Position numbers and translations under genes: made by a program. A stretch of DNA of 63,166 bases, the filler included, from Sphacelaria rigidula (lineage: Eukaryota), in the NCBI GenBank assembly GCA_964200075.2. It is 11 parts of 11 records of this genome, joined end to end, with 100 filler letters (N's around TTAATTAATTAA, not from the genome) between each part and the next. Parts side by side here need not be neighbours in the genome. Positions count along the whole stretch, not along the records: positions 11,505 to 17,156 come from CAXNAA020025549.1; positions 17,257 to 22,908 come from CAXNAA020025550.1; positions 23,009 to 28,660 come from CAXNAA020025551.1; 8 more parts are not named here. The stretch is one strand, 5' to 3'. Positions within the stretch are counted from its first letter, which is position 1. Each line of letters begins with the position of its first letter. This document shows, piece after piece, positions 11,938 through 24,979 of this stretch. Under the pieces are notes generated by a model, which was not told the DNA's origin, did no database searches, and saw only the letters and a list, made by a program, of their open reading frames with translations.

Positions 11938-13321
11938 GTAAGTACTTCCCGTGACTTTTGGGAAGCAAAATAAACTCTGCATCACGACGCTGCAATGTTA
12001 TTTCACCGCCATTATTGCTTCCGCAATGCTCTAAACATAACACGGTGTAATGGTGTGACAGGACGTCTTCAAACGGTAGTAAGTGGTGTTTGGATCTCAA
12101 GAGTTATCCTCCGATAGGGGGGAGGGACTCGAGCGGCTTCGGACACTAGCGAGCCCCTGCGAGGCGTTGTGGCGGGGAAAAAAACGCTCATGCTAGTGCT
12201 ACATATTACACGGATGCACATCGATTTTGACAGCGATTTTGCCCACATAAAACACCCATTGAGCGTGTTCGTATTCAAAACACACACTCGCGTAAACTAT
12301 GTCTTGCGTAAGATATTATCCCATCTCTACCGAAGTATAGGTAATTTACAAAGAGTGTGGTTATGCTCTCGGTGCGGAGTGCCCCGAGCTCCGCGCAAGA
12401 ATACTTCAGCTCTTGGAAGTGGGGATGCATTGTCAGCACGCGTCTGTTGAACGCCAGTCTGTGTTCTGGGTCGCACTTCTCTTCGTCTTTTGTCCCTGAG
12501 ACGTGTCACATGCTCACATGCGACCAAGGGCTCGGCATCTGTGACTTGGACGGAACCGCACGGCGCAAATACAATCGGTTGGCCCATTCGTGAGACTACC
12601 TAGTGGAAATGCCACAAGCTACTGACTATCCCTTTACACTGACCGAGCTTACCGTAGCTGTCGCTTGCTCCACACACAGATGGTGTTGTGTGAGCCTTAA
12701 GCCGTGAACCAGATCTGTACCGGTCATGAAAACGAGTGATGTATTGATCTTAAGACAAGGAAGCAGCCTTGAAGGTGACCATCGACTGTACGAGAAACAA
12801 ATGCAATGGATCAAGTCAAGAAGATTATAGCAGGCGGAGCATTGAGCACGTATTTCACACCTACCGCCGCCAAAATGATACGTGGGAGAAAGACCCTGTC
12901 ATGACGATACTCTGTTGCGAATACGTGGATGTGGCGCCCTCAGGAAAGAAAGGAGCTGTTGCTAGCGAGCAGAACTGCGGTGGTAAATACAGTAGAGTTT
13001 GCCTGTTCCGACGAACACGCGTCGTGCCTATTGCATGGACAATACAGCATGAGCACCATGGTGGTTGGTGCATCATTAGAAGCTCGAATGTTACCGTCTG
13101 CTGGTGAGAAAGGGGGTAGATACCTCATCATTATAGAAACAGTGGCTAGTCTGTCTCTGTCTGTCTACGTGTCTGTATGCTTGTCTATCTCTCCAACATC
13201 AATCTTCTAGATATCTGCACAGCTATCTATTTCTACTACTGGCGCACAAACAGACCTGGCACACACTACGTTCGTTTACTCCTGAAACCGCCCGGCGCGG
13301 TGTCTCGTCTTCTTGTCACAG

Positions 13322-13399
13322 GTGTGCAGTGATCACAGCGTGAACCTCATGAAGGAAGTGAAGAACAGGGGGGGTGCCACACATGGCTATCAGTGCGAG
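13322..13399 (+). CDS. WD40-repeat protein, exon b
   Basis: Pyrimidine tract, cag|VCSDHSVNLMKEVKNRGGATHGYQCE|gt. Phase 0/0. Confidence 0.6.
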
Positions 13400-14401
13400 G
13401 TGGGGTAAAGCCTTGAGTTGTCATGAAAATGATGCAAAACGGCGGGAATTTCAGCTGTAAATTCTTGAGGCGTCTCACAATTTGACAACCTGTTTTGATT
13501 GCGCTGTGAACATAACAACTCGTGACCTTGCGATGCAGCGAGGTATGTTGCCACGACGCCCCGACGAACCGCTTGGTGATTCAGCCCTTGTTCGGTGGAT
13601 TTCGTGGGTTGGAATCCAGGCAGAGGTGTCGTGTTCCCGATTTCCGTTGTTCGAGTACACTTGGAGCACAACTTCGTAAAATCGTTCAGTTAGGTAAAGG
13701 ACGATAGGCTACGGGAGCGCTGATCCAATGATCTAACGCAAACCGCAAGGCAGGTACGGGGGGAATTATCTGATTATTTATTGAGTCTACGGACTCGCCC
13801 CGAGGAGGGCGGGGGAGGGCGGGGGGATAAGGCATCCGGCATCAAGGATTTACAATATACTAACAGTTACGTTCGAATCGGGATTACCCAGTCAGCACGA
13901 CAAAAGCGACTCGGTGGATATCGTTGACTCCGTCCAACGGCCATCGCGGTCGAAAGTAGGGTCAGGGGTAGGGCAAGGGGCTAGCAAGGGGGCAAGGGGC
14001 TAGGGATAGCGATGCGTTACAGAATTGCAAGACAAACGGCGTGAACTCGTTCGTCGATAAAAGAGCAAATGTAAGGTCAGAAGAGGCGAACAAGGGGTTA
14101 TCCAGGTAGAGCCGGAGTCCATGAAAATATTGTGAACCCCCCAATGATACTACGGTGTGTTCCATACTGAAGAGAGGTATACGCCGGAGCGATGAACATC
14201 AAAAGGGCTTCGGGAACGATCGGGTTGGCACAATCTGTCAGGGCACGAAGTAGATAGTGTGTACGTTTTATTTTGATTGATTGTCGCACTTTAACTGACC
14301 CCCCAGGGGTCCAGCCGTGGTCTCGTGATAGACGTACCCAACAAAACATTAATGAGCGGAATTTCAGATGACTGCACTGATGTGCGCGTGCACGGTCTCA
14401 G

Positions 14402-14503
14402 GTGAAGGCGATGCACCAGCTGATGCACACCAAACTGCTGTGGGAGCCTTGCTATCAAAGCCTCATCTCTGTGGGCTCTGATAGTCACCTCTACCAGTGG
14501 CAG
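14402..14503 (+). CDS. WD40-repeat protein, exon c
   Basis: cag|VKAMHQLMHTKLLWEPCYQSLISVGSDSHLYQWQ|gt. WD-type S.GSD..L..W motif. Confidence 0.75.
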
Positions 14504-15368
14504 GTGGGCGTTTGTGTCCGTTCCTCTCGCGGCAATACAGTGTTTTCCTTCTCCCCTGCAAATATTTCGGCAGGATTCGTAGCCCATCGCCGTCAGATGC
14601 CAGCGTTGGTAAGTGAGAGTGTGGGGTGCTCGGGGTGCTTTTACCCGTCGCGCGGAAACACACTTTAGACTCTACGGCACTACTCGCACACTTATAGCGT
14701 CCAGATACCTCAGGTTTCGATCAGGAGGCTGGTGTGACGGGGGAAAAGCACGTACCTACACGTATATACTAGAAGGACACATCGAATACACGCGTACACG
14801 ACGAATGTACTTACCAGCATTCATTGCATGTCGCCGGGGCCTCCCGTTCGTGTCCTGACCCCCCATTCCACGATCTAGCAGACGCAAAAGACTGCCAATA
14901 CTGTGTAATCGGAAAATCTCCATGATGTCTTCGTTATAGCCAAGAGGTCACTACAGCGAAACCTATCGGCAGACGTATTGATTCCGTGTCTTCTCGTCCT
15001 CTTGTGGTGTATATTTACGGGAAACTCGAAGGGTTCCTCGAACCCTAGTGCATGTGCCACACCTCGTTGGTTTTCTGAATGTCCAGCTGCTCCGCGAGGC
15101 TTGGCTTCATTCGCTACCCACGTACGACCTACGATAGCGGTAGAGCAAAAACTAGTTGCTTCTTTTTTTTTACCAGCGTGTGTGGTTTTCAACGCCATCG
15201 GTCGAAGGTTTTCGGTTCTAGTGGCTCCCCATGTGTTTGTCAAATGTTGTTCTTCGCTGAACGCTCTTGTCGCGCGCTGCTCTACGCTTGTAATCAAGCA
15301 AGTGTTTTGTGCTTGTTGCACGACGGGTGTCACAAATATTGTTTGTTTTTTCTGTGGCGTGTATACAG

Positions 15369-15506
15369 CTTGATGATATGGCGGCTGGTGCTCGGCGCAT
15401 CCACTTACGTCCCGAGCACACAAACACCATCACGGATCTCGTGTGCATCGCTGAAAAGGAACTCGTGGTTACCAGCGCTTTGGACAAGCGTGTGTGTGTG
15501 TGGCAG
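15369..15506 (+). CDS. WD40-repeat protein, exon d
   Basis: cag|LDDMAAGARRIHLRPEHTNTITDLVCIAEKELVVTSALDKRVCVWQ|gt. Canonical WD40 repeat. Confidence 0.85.
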
Positions 15507-15559
15507 GTGACTTGGAACTCAAAACACTACAGATGTCGTCAGACGGCGTTCGCGCGCGC

Positions 15560-16064
15560 GGGGAGGGGGGGGGTACTCATGAGCTTGCATGAGGTAGTCG
15601 TATGACCGTTGACCTCGCATCTCAACCATACCGGGACGAAGCACGCCGGGGTTTTGCCGGACCAGGCTGGCAATCAATCACCAAGCGCGAAGCGCCGTGA
15701 TGTGTTCGGCGAGTCGCTTCGGGGGTGACCTACATCCTACTAAGATTGTTCGGCCCGAAGGGTACTGATTTATTGGATGACAACCTCCGATGAGCTGTTT
15801 CATCACCTGGTTTGCAAAACCCAGAGACAGCCACGGCTTATACACGGTATCATGGGCGTCTCGCAATTCAAATACTACGTGATATAACCATCCCGTTTGC
15901 GCGGCCTTGAGGATCTCCCACCTTGCGCAATATGATCTAGCTCGACCACCATCATGGCTACCGCAAAAAAAAGCAAGCGCGCGAGGAAAATAATAAATCT
16001 AGTTGCAAAGCTTACGCAGTTAGTGGCGTGTTTTACAGCGTCATTGCTGACCGACGCCAACCCC
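15560..16064 (-). mobile_element. ~500-bp SINE-like element (family A), near full length, poly(C) tail
   Basis: Head GGGGTTGGCGTCGGT..GCAA.GACGCTGTAAAACACGCCACT, tail ...CATGAGTAC-Cn. About 10 copies or fragments in the window (e.g. 23060-23572, 39776-40162, 45500-45642, 51140-51576, 57516-57661, 61128-61638). Confidence 0.8.
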
Positions 16065-16807
16065 ATAGGGTGGCCGGGGAGGGGGGCTATTTCAGGGGGT
16101 CATTTTTGTTCCTATCTAGAATCCCAGAAAAAATTATGCAGACTCCATGTCTTGTTAGGAATAGCGGGCTACCCCCCTCCCAATCAAAAGCGAGGATGAA
16201 GATGTTTTGTGTCTGGTCTGTTTGTACGCTCATCTTATGCTCTTCAATCTAACTCGTGCACCAGTTTCACACATGCGATCACCGCGTCCTCTCCCGTCGA
16301 TCCACGAGTAATTCAAAAACTTTCAGCAAGATACATCTGAATCAAATTCTACGATGAATACGATTCAGGCCGCGTTTCTCGTAGAGAGTGATGGCACGGG
16401 ATCTGTTCAAGCATCTCAACCTTCCCCTATTGGCTACGTGCATCGCCGCCAAAATGCCACCGGGGGAATTCGGAATAATTTTCCGAGAGCACACCGGTGG
16501 CATTTTCACACTCCATACGGCATCGAGAGCACTCCATACGCTATATGTCTATACAAGTTCCCCTTCCGGGTACATGTTCGTGCGTTTTCATTTTTTATCT
16601 TACGATCAACCGTAGTCTGCATTCCATGTGCGTTGTATCGATCCAGCCTTCCAAGAGAACAGACAAGCATCTTTTAAAGAGTATTTGCGATTCGATTTGA
16701 TATCTTGCACGAATAAATGAGCATCCACCCCCCCCCCAACCCTCCAACCCCCCCCCTCCTCCTCCCCCCGCCCAAATTCCCGTTCGCTACATTTCACCGC
16801 CGTGAAG

Positions 16808-16993
16808 CTTCCCACGTGGAAACTCCGAAAGTCGTTCCGGGAGCACACCTTAGGTGTTCAGACTCTGTCGTACCTGAGGGGTACCTTGCTGTCCGCTGGG
16901 TTTGATTGGGATATCATTGCATGGGACACCGAACGCCTCGAAAAGATCGGGAAAATGACGGGGCATAAATCTCCAGTGACGACGGTATCGCAG
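16808..16993 (+). CDS. WD40-repeat protein, exon e
   Basis: aag|LPTWKLRKSFREHTLGVQTLSYLRGTLLSAGFDWDIIAWDTERLEKIGKMTGHKSPVTTVSQ|gtaggt. Contains GH and WD dipeptides. Confidence 0.88.
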
Positions 16994-17944
16994 GTAGGTG
17001 TGCATAATGTTTTTTCCGAAATAACCACACATGTTTTCGGCATGGTCCCGGACAGGGAAAAAATACGTTATCTTCGCTTATTCCCTCCACCCCCCCCCCC
17101 TACTTGCACAACAGTCAAATACTGAAGCGAAAGCAGACATCTGTGGACGACCGAACNNNNNNNNNNNNNNNNNNNNNNNNNNNNNNNNNNNNNNNNNNNN
17201 TTAATTAATTAANNNNNNNNNNNNNNNNNNNNNNNNNNNNNNNNNNNNNNNNNNNNCGGGGGCTACCCCGTCTTCCAACCCCTCTCGACCCGTGTCGCGT
17301 CTGGCCCCCAGCCACCTTTGCTCGAACCCCGATCCACCTACGACCAGATCCCCGAGAGTGACCGCGATAGGCTGCTTCGCGGTCGATAAAACGCGCTGAA
17401 GTAGCTACGCGATCGAGGGGCATTAATTAGGCCGACAAGAAAGTCATTGGGCACCATCGCTGAAAGCGTGGAGAAAGTACTGTTTTGGGCTCGAACCTCT
17501 ATGAACCTACCTCACTTCATAGAATCCTGTTGGTCAAATCTAAGGAAAGTTGCACGGTTCAGACGAATCATCGCCGGTTCGACAACCAAATCCACGATTC
17601 TTCGGCCTGATTTCTCGAAAGAGGAAAAAAATCGACCGCTGGTCGAATAGATCTCCACGCAACTATTGAGTCATTTCACGTGCCTGTGCTGCGGGTACCT
17701 GGATCGCAGCGCTGAAGACCAAGCCTGACGAACCACGTACGAATAATCACACTAAAATCGAGTTATTTCCGGACGAATCATTAACCCGTCCGACCCTTGA
17801 GAAGTGGCCATTTTTGTGAACTTGATCGTCTCAGGACAAAAATGTGTGTTGGGCCAAAATGAAGACTGTGGCCACTAGAAAACAAACGCGAAGACGTCCT
17901 GGAGCCGTTTCAACCACTGGTCCCTGTACCTCCACCGTTGAGTT

Positions 17945-18085
17945 GAGTTTTGTGTACCCACGACATAGTCGCTCTCTACTGTTGGGCATGAGGTAAAAAT
18001 AATCTCAGATTACTCCGGGAATCGAACCCCACAACTCGAACGATAAGAAGTTTACGAAATGATCGACTGAGCCACCGGGGCGACC
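17945..18085 (-). mobile_element. tRNA-derived SINE head (family C)
   Basis: Reverse complement GGTCGCCCCGGTGGCTCAGTCG...GGGTTCGATTCCC...GAGAGCGACTATGTCGTGGGTACAC. Confidence 0.7.
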
Positions 18086-18351
18086 GGATTGAATACTTCA
18101 CAGTAGTGGTTATACAAAGATTGGATTTTTCCGGAGTCCCATACCCGTAAAAAAATTCAACCGGAGGGTGCGGGCCTGAATGGTACGGTAGAATATGCCT
18201 CAACGGCTCATGCATCGTGATGAAACCACAATACAATAGTACCAAGATACTCGGCAAAGGCGACCCATCAACTAGTGAACTAGCACCCTCGCCGCCATTT
18301 CAGTTCATTCGACAGAACCACCTGATACAGTTTACAGCCTCTGCTTGTTAG

Positions 18352-18469
18352 ATGCTGGGTATCGTGAGACTGTCGGGCGTGCAGCGTGAGCCTCCCTTTC
18401 CTCTCTCGACTCTGTTGCACACTGGCTATTACAACATGCTGCGTACCATCTGCGCCGCCTATCGCAGCG
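18352..18469 (+). CDS. Unknown protein, putative exon a
   Basis: tag|MLGIVRLSGVQREPPFPLSTLLHTGYYNMLRTICAAYRS(G)|gtaagg. This is the only open frame of the three. Confidence 0.55.
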
Positions 18470-18759
18470 GTAAGGTACGAGTCTCTGGGGCCGTTGTGCG
18501 GTATTGTCGACCTGATCCCCATCACAACACCCTCCCCGCCCGTATCCCATTCCAAATGGTAGAATGGGCACGTGTCTGAGACCTCCACCTACAGTGCCGC
18601 TTCCGGCTGGCAGGCTTCCCTGCCGGGTTCTACGAGGCGCCTGAGTTGTCCTTCGATGCGACCAAAACCATGCGAATACATTGCTGATGCAGGATTTCTT
18701 GCGGTATCGAATCCACAGCCTTTCTACGCGTGTTGTATACCCTGTACTTTCCCCACAAG

Positions 18760-18866
18760 GGAAATTCAGGGTATACGATCTTCTGCTGGCCGAGCTTCGT
18801 GATGAGGAACAGCTCGTTCTTCTGATTGAACGTCGAACGCTGCGACCGAAATCAACGGTGGACAAG
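18760..18866 (+). CDS. Unknown protein, putative exon b
   Basis: Phase-1 compatible: (G)KFRVYDLLLAELRDEEQLVLLIERRTLRPKSTVDK|gtagag. Confidence 0.55.
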
Positions 18867-19526
18867 GTAGAGACGGCCGGCGGCAACGAACATGAGAAAG
18901 TCAATTCGGGATACGGAGGAGGGGCGGTGGTTAGAATCAGCGCTCAGACAGGGGTCTCAAAACCACGATGTGTAGTTGTTCCCGAAACGACATATCCCCC
19001 GGGCATCGCGATGATGGACGCGCCCATAAACGGACCCGACAAAAACTGTTTTTTCACGAAGTGCGGTAAAGCGGGAGGGGAAAAAAGTCGATACCACGCA
19101 GTAAAAAAAAACTACGTCTCCAACGGTGCACGAACAAACAAAATCGCGCACCCATGTCCCACTTTTGATTTGGACCTCTCAGGGGGGTAGGGGGGAGGGG
19201 GCGTACTTGTTTGTAGCTTGCCTTGGTCGTGTGACCATTGACCCCGCATATATTTCGAGACGGAGCACCGTTCCTGCTCCTAACAAAGACACCTGCAACA
19301 TTCCGGCGCTCATTACGTTCCTTCAGCAGCTCACTACGTTTTCCCCATACATTACACAAAGTCCTTTTACACATCTAGAAGCGGATTTGAAGCTTGCAGG
19401 CCTATGCTTCCGCCAATACCTAGAGTCGGACCCTGAAATTCGGTATGGACAAGGAATAGGGCGTGAAAAAAAGTATTGCATCGGCACCAGAAGGTTTTAT
19501 CATTTGTTATAGGTATCAGTGAAATA

Positions 19527-20462
19527 CTATAATCTCTATGACCCTCCCGATCGATGCATTCAACTGATTGAGATGAATTTTGGTGTGGAGAACGCAAAAG
19601 AGCCGAATAAAGAACAAAATGGGCCTGCATTTTGTTTTCGTAGAGGTTCAGGCGTTCTCGTGAATAAATGGTCTTTACCGTAGTATAACGCCCTAAACCA
19701 GTGAAGAAAAACGAAAAAAAGCAACCCGACCCACTTTGTTCTCTTGGATATGCGCTCAGAGAGCGCCCAACCAAAATATAACGCACGAAGATCAAAGATA
19801 GCCCAGTGAGTGGCCTGCGAAATACTGTTCCGAATTTCTACCGACCCGGCTTTTGAACTGCCCATGCTCCCGCCAATGTTTGGGGTTGGACCTTGAAATT
19901 CGGTATGGACAATGCATAGGGCAAGGAGAAAAAATTACACCGGCACCAATTTTTATTTTTTATTTCATAAGTTAAGGGCATTTCACTGATACTGAAACTG
20001 AAAACTGATTATTGCCCTAGACTCATGAAATAAAAAAAAAATTGCTGCCGATGTAATTTTTCTTCCATATCCTATGCATTGTCCATACCAAATATCGAGG
20101 TGCAACCCCAAACATTGGCGGGAGCATGGGCAGTTTAAAAGCCGGGTCGGTAGAAACTCGGAACAGTATTTCGCAGGCCACTCACTGGATTATCTTAGAT
20201 CTTCGTGCGTTATATTTTGGTTGGGCGCTCTCTGAGCGCATATCCAAGAGAACAAAGTGGGTCGGGTTGCTTTTTTTTGTTTTTCTTCACTGGTTGAGGG
20301 CGTTATACTATGGTAAAGACCATTTCTTCACGAAAACGCCTGAAGCTCTACGAAAAAAATGCAGGCCCATTTTGTTCTTTATTCGGCTCTTTTGCGTTCT
20401 CCATACCAAAATTCATCTCCATCCGTTAAATGCATCGATCGGGAGTGTCATAGAGATTATAG
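19527..20462. mobile_element. Foldback/large MITE, ~940 bp with ~440-bp inverted arms
   Basis: CTATAATCTCTATGAC... / ...GTCATAGAGATTATAG, flanked by TA. The mirror ORFs 19560-19865(-) and 20126-20566(+) are nearly identical. Related diverged copies lie at ~20820-21480 and ~38400-38990. Confidence 0.85.
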
Positions 20463-20635
20463 TATTTGCGCTATCCCCCGTAGGTATAGGGATTACTAGG
20501 CATGGGGTTCAACCAACGAGAAAATATGAGCCCAAACACTTGAGCAGACGGGCACCTTGCCCTTGATCAGACGATTGATACGATATGCGGATCACGGCCC
20601 AACTCGTCTATTCCGATGAGATATTACTTATACAG

Positions 20636-20685
20636 CTCGAATCCGTTTTCAGGCTGGCCCAGCTCGTACAGCAGCAGTGTCAGCG
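20636..20685 (+). CDS. Unknown protein, putative exon c
   Basis: cag|LESVFRLAQLVQQQCQ(R)|gt. Phase 0 to phase 2. Confidence 0.4.
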
Positions 20686-22092
20686 GTTGGGCTCGGGATT
20701 TAGTCAGTCATATATCCCGCAACGTTTGCGGTTGACCGTCTTACGATATCCTCCGACCTACTCTAGCACGCCACTCAGGCTGCTTCCTACGAGCTCGGCC
20801 AGCCTGGAGGCGGCTTTGAAGTTTGCAGACCCATGCTCCCGCCAATATTTGGGGTTGGACCCTGAAACTTCGTATTTACAATGAAAAGGGCATGAAAAAG
20901 CATGACGTCGGTACCACTTTTTCTTGCATGAATGAAAGGCATTTTCCTGAAAGCCAAAAACTGATTATTGCCCCGGACTGATAGAAAAAACTATTTTGGC
21001 ACCGAGGTAATTTAGTTCCATGCCCCATTCGTTGTGCATACCAATTTTCAGGGTCCAACTCTAAATATGGGCGGGAGCATGAGCCTTCAGAAAACAGGAT
21101 CGGTCGGAATTCGGAACAGTGTTCCGAAGGCCACCCATCGGCCGGCGTGTGGTTTTCGTCTATTGAAATGTTGCGTGGGCGCTCTACAAGGAAAAATCAA
21201 CAGAACAAAGCAGGTCAGTTCTTCAATTATTTTTTTCACAGGTTTAGGGCGTTTTAGTATGGTGAAGACCATTTCTTCACGTGAACAACGTAACCTCTAC
21301 GAAAAAATCTTGGAAAATGAAGGGCCACTTTTTTTCTTCTCGCAACACTGTTGTGGTTCTCCGTGCCAAGTTTCAAATCAAAATTCTAAAAATTGAGCCA
21401 AAACATCGAGATGAGGCCCAGAGCAACGTTCGTTTCCCCCCAAAACTCCACTAAGAACACGAAAAAAAGACGCAAAAATGAAGGTGAAAAGAGTCGCTCT
21501 TTTGTATTTTTCCCATGCCTGAAGTCGTCGGGATGTAGGGTGCAAGGAGCAGAGGCAGATATTTTACGAACCCCGCGAAGCCCACCAGACCTTTTGAATC
21601 CCTCCAGAGATATTTCACGAACCCCATCTAAGGGGGAAGGTGATGGGTTTGGGGAGCGCCTCATTCCTTTGATTTGAGACTAAACAGCCAACGCCCCATA
21701 AAAGTTTCAACTGTGAGTGAAGAGCACTGCGTGCCAACAATATTTTGAGCAAATCAGGCACTCCCACCGGAGAACAAGCTGTCTCCACAAAGGCCTCAAG
21801 ACGCCACAGCGCAGCGACACGTGCAACGCACAAGACAGACCATGAGTGTGTCTGTGCTACAGCACAGTCATACAGCGCATGCCCCATTCGATAGTTCTTG
21901 CACTGCTTTCAGGTGGGTCCTCGATTTTTGCCCAGCGGCGATTTTCAAACGCTCGGCCATACTCCGGATTGCCGCGAAAATGCTTTACTTCACTTTGAGT
22001 TACCCCTATCTGTGAGAGGTGAGCAGCTTTTTCGGGGTTTTATTTTTGTCTGTTACACGGAGGGGCCTCACGAGCGACTCGATACAGTACAG

Positions 22093-22208
22093 GCAGATCC
22101 TACTGTACCGCTCGAGAGGGGCGAGGTCGGTTGTTCTCACAATCCACGTTTGTCGTCTCGAACGAAATACCGCAAGTGTGAACGAGGCCGACCCGGAAGA
22201 CAATTACG
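22093..22208 (+). CDS. Unknown protein, putative exon d
   Basis: cag|(R)QILLYRSRGARSVVLTIHVCRLERNTASVNEADPEDNY(G)|gtaagt. Phase compatible with exon c. Confidence 0.4.
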
Positions 22209-23877
22209 GTAAGTTCAAATCAGAGTTCAAGACTGTGCAAGCCCGCTCCAGCGAGTGTACATCCAGCAACCGGAGCAAGGCTGGTTCCTACTCACCTCCG
22301 TGAACTGCCCTGCATTCGCATCCGATTGCTATGAACTTCCACCTTGAGGGAACGACTGCGAGGTGTGATCTAGGTGGGGTGCTGGTGAGGCGGGGTGGGT
22401 GATGTGCGGTTATTGTGTTTTTGTCGTTTCGCCGAAGCACCTGCACTTAAGGCATCTTCAAGCTCTACTTTTCAGGGGCGATGTGCAGGTACGCCACGGA
22501 ACGAGCGGGTGTACCCGAGTTTGCCTGTGCGCTCTTTGTGTTTGCAAACGGGCAGGTCGCGGCGAGATACCGGCCGTGACGTACATGACAACACGGACGA
22601 GACAAGCTGTTTTTGCAACTGTCTCGTGCATAATGTTGCCTTCAATCCTCATCATGAGGAACATTGCCGAGGAACGCTGGTGATGCAACCTGCCGAAGTA
22701 CAGTTCATTTACGTGGGACGGTGTTGAAACATCATTTGCGCCGCGAAGTTAACACAACGAAAGTACAGATTTGAGCCCGAACTTGCTTTGTCCATCTGTG
22801 ATAAGTGTCTTGGCGTGTATATGCCCCTACGCCTGTGAAACTCATCAAGGGAGTTTCGATCGATGCTGTACATATGCCCGTATACCTGTGACCAGTACTC
22901 GATAGCGCNNNNNNNNNNNNNNNNNNNNNNNNNNNNNNNNNNNNNNNNNNNNTTAATTAATTAANNNNNNNNNNNNNNNNNNNNNNNNNNNNNNNNNNNN
23001 NNNNNNNNCGTGGGGCTTGTTCTCGACCCGGGAGGGGGCCTCCGTTGGGTGGCGGTGCCTGACTCATGATCTTGCACATCGTAGTCATATGACCCGACCA
23101 TTGACCTCGCATCCCTACCAAAGCCAAGACGGGGCACGCCGGATTGTCGCCAGAATCAGCCCGCAAACATTCTCCGAGCGCGAAGCGCCGTGATGTGTTC
23201 GGCGAATCACATGAAGGGTGACCTGCATCCTACCAAGATTGTTCGGCCCGAAGCATACTAATTATCTTGATATTGATGACAGCCTCGAATGGGTTGCTTC
23301 ATTTTCTGGTGTCGCCACCTCCAGGGACAGCCATGGGTTTCACTGCGCGTCATGTGTGTCCCAAAACCTAAACACCAGGTACTACGAGCGTCCCCTTTGC
23401 GCGGAGTTGAGCTTCTCCTACCACCCCGCACACTATCCGACCACCAACCATCATGGTAACCTCAAAAAAATAAAACGAGTAAAAAAAATAAAACGGCAAC
23501 CCGGGGTGGTTACCTACCTACCGTACGCAATGAGTGGCGTGTTGTACAGCGTCGTTGCCAACCGACGCCAACTTTTAAACGGGGGGCAAGGGAGCGGGGT
23601 GTTACCCCCCGTCATGTACGGTGCAACCACAGGCAATCCATCTACAAAAGGTGTGTGTGTGTGTGCGGGTGGCATCACCTGAGGAAAATGCATGAGTCCT
23701 TGTGCATGATCCGCTTCCGAAGTTCTCCCGTGAAGCGAGCTGCTCACCAAGTTGTGCTGGCTATCGGCGAAAAGCAGGCGGCAAGCAGACAAAAAGAGCA
23801 GCAACGAAAACGACACACACAAGCCAGATCATCCACGGGTCGGACGAATGAATGATGCGTCTGGAAATTACTCGAGT

Positions 23878-24120
23878 TTAGTGTGATTGATTCGTACGGT
23901 ACGAATCAATCCTTGGGCTCTGTTTGCAGCGTTGCAACCCAAGTACGTACGCGCAGGCAGCCCAGGCACGCGGATATGGCGCAAAAGTTGCGTGGGATCC
24001 GTCTTGACCATTGGTCGACTTTTTCCCTTCTCTTTCGAGCAATCAGGCCTAAGAAATCGTGGATTTATTTATTTGGTGATTCGAACCGGCGATGATTCGT
24101 CCGAACCGTGAAATTATCCA
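23878..24120. repeat. Dispersed repeat containing the palindrome GATTCGTACGGTACGAATC
   Basis: Copies at ~36790-37010 and ~17560-17750 (reverse), and a partial copy at ~26010-26200. Confidence 0.65.
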
Positions 24121-24151
24121 ACGCGCTCGAGTTAGCCGCAGTCCTCGTGCC

Positions 24152-24479
24152 GGTCGCCCCGGTGGCTCAGTTGGTAAACCCGAAACCTTCCGACGGTTGG
24201 GTCGTGGGTTAATGTTTCGGAACGATCTGGGATTTTTTCTCATTCCCAACAGTGGAGAGCGACTATGTCGTGGGTACACAAAGTTCGACTTCATGGTCGA
24301 CGAGGGAAAGGGATTGCTGAACCCCTCTCGCGATAAAACAAAAGGCGAGCAAGCACCGCAGAAGGAAGGTGGAGTACCAAAAACAAAACAAAAAGAAAGA
24401 AAAACTCCTGTGTTGACTTCCGTCCTGTGTGACCCCGGCTGGTGCGCCCACATATACCGAAAGGTGTAGACCGGCGTCC
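24152..24479 (+). mobile_element. tRNA-derived SINE (family C), near full length
   Basis: A-box head GGTCGCCCCGGTGGCTCAGTTGGT, shared body and 3' part. Confidence 0.75.
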
Positions 24480-24979
24480 CTAGGCAAAGTGCGGCCTTGG
24501 TAGACCCCAAATCGGCGCCACAAGTGGCGCCGATATGAACGAAAAAAAGGCGTTCTGCGCTATTTAGGAAGGAGCACACGAGACTGTCAGCCCCACACTA
24601 AAGATCCGATCCTCGTTGTTTACACTCAAATCAAGTAAACTCAACCATGGATATACATATATTGTATGTAGCCAAGCGCCGGATTACTCTACTGGCTGGA
24701 CACGGCGATAACGATTTTTTGACTCGAGCCTTACCCCCACACTCGTTCGGTCGAAAAAAAGAAAAAAAAAAAGAAAAAAAACGATGAGTCGGGCTCGAGG
24801 AACCCGAGTCATAAGACGGAAAATCAGCGCACTGAGTGATTCCAAGAAAAGAGTCGGCCGAGTCACTGCTGGTTCGAGTCATCGAACTTACGACCCATGA
24901 GGCCTGGAAAAAGAAAAAAAAAGTTTCACCACGGCTATAACAAGGTTTCCACGGTAAGCAAATTTTCAGGGATGAGATC

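Noticed and set aside
12437..12577. Possible extra WD40 exon (TRLLNASLCSGSHF...)
   Set aside because: The phase is incompatible, and the flanking exons already join into a sensible repeat.
19560..20566. Pair of similar ORFs on opposite strands
   Set aside because: They are a by-product of the foldback inverted repeat, not genes.
21913..22018. AG/GT-bounded candidate exon (VGPRFLPSGDF...)
   Set aside because: It cannot be placed in frame with the neighbouring candidate exons without hitting a stop, so it is left unassigned.
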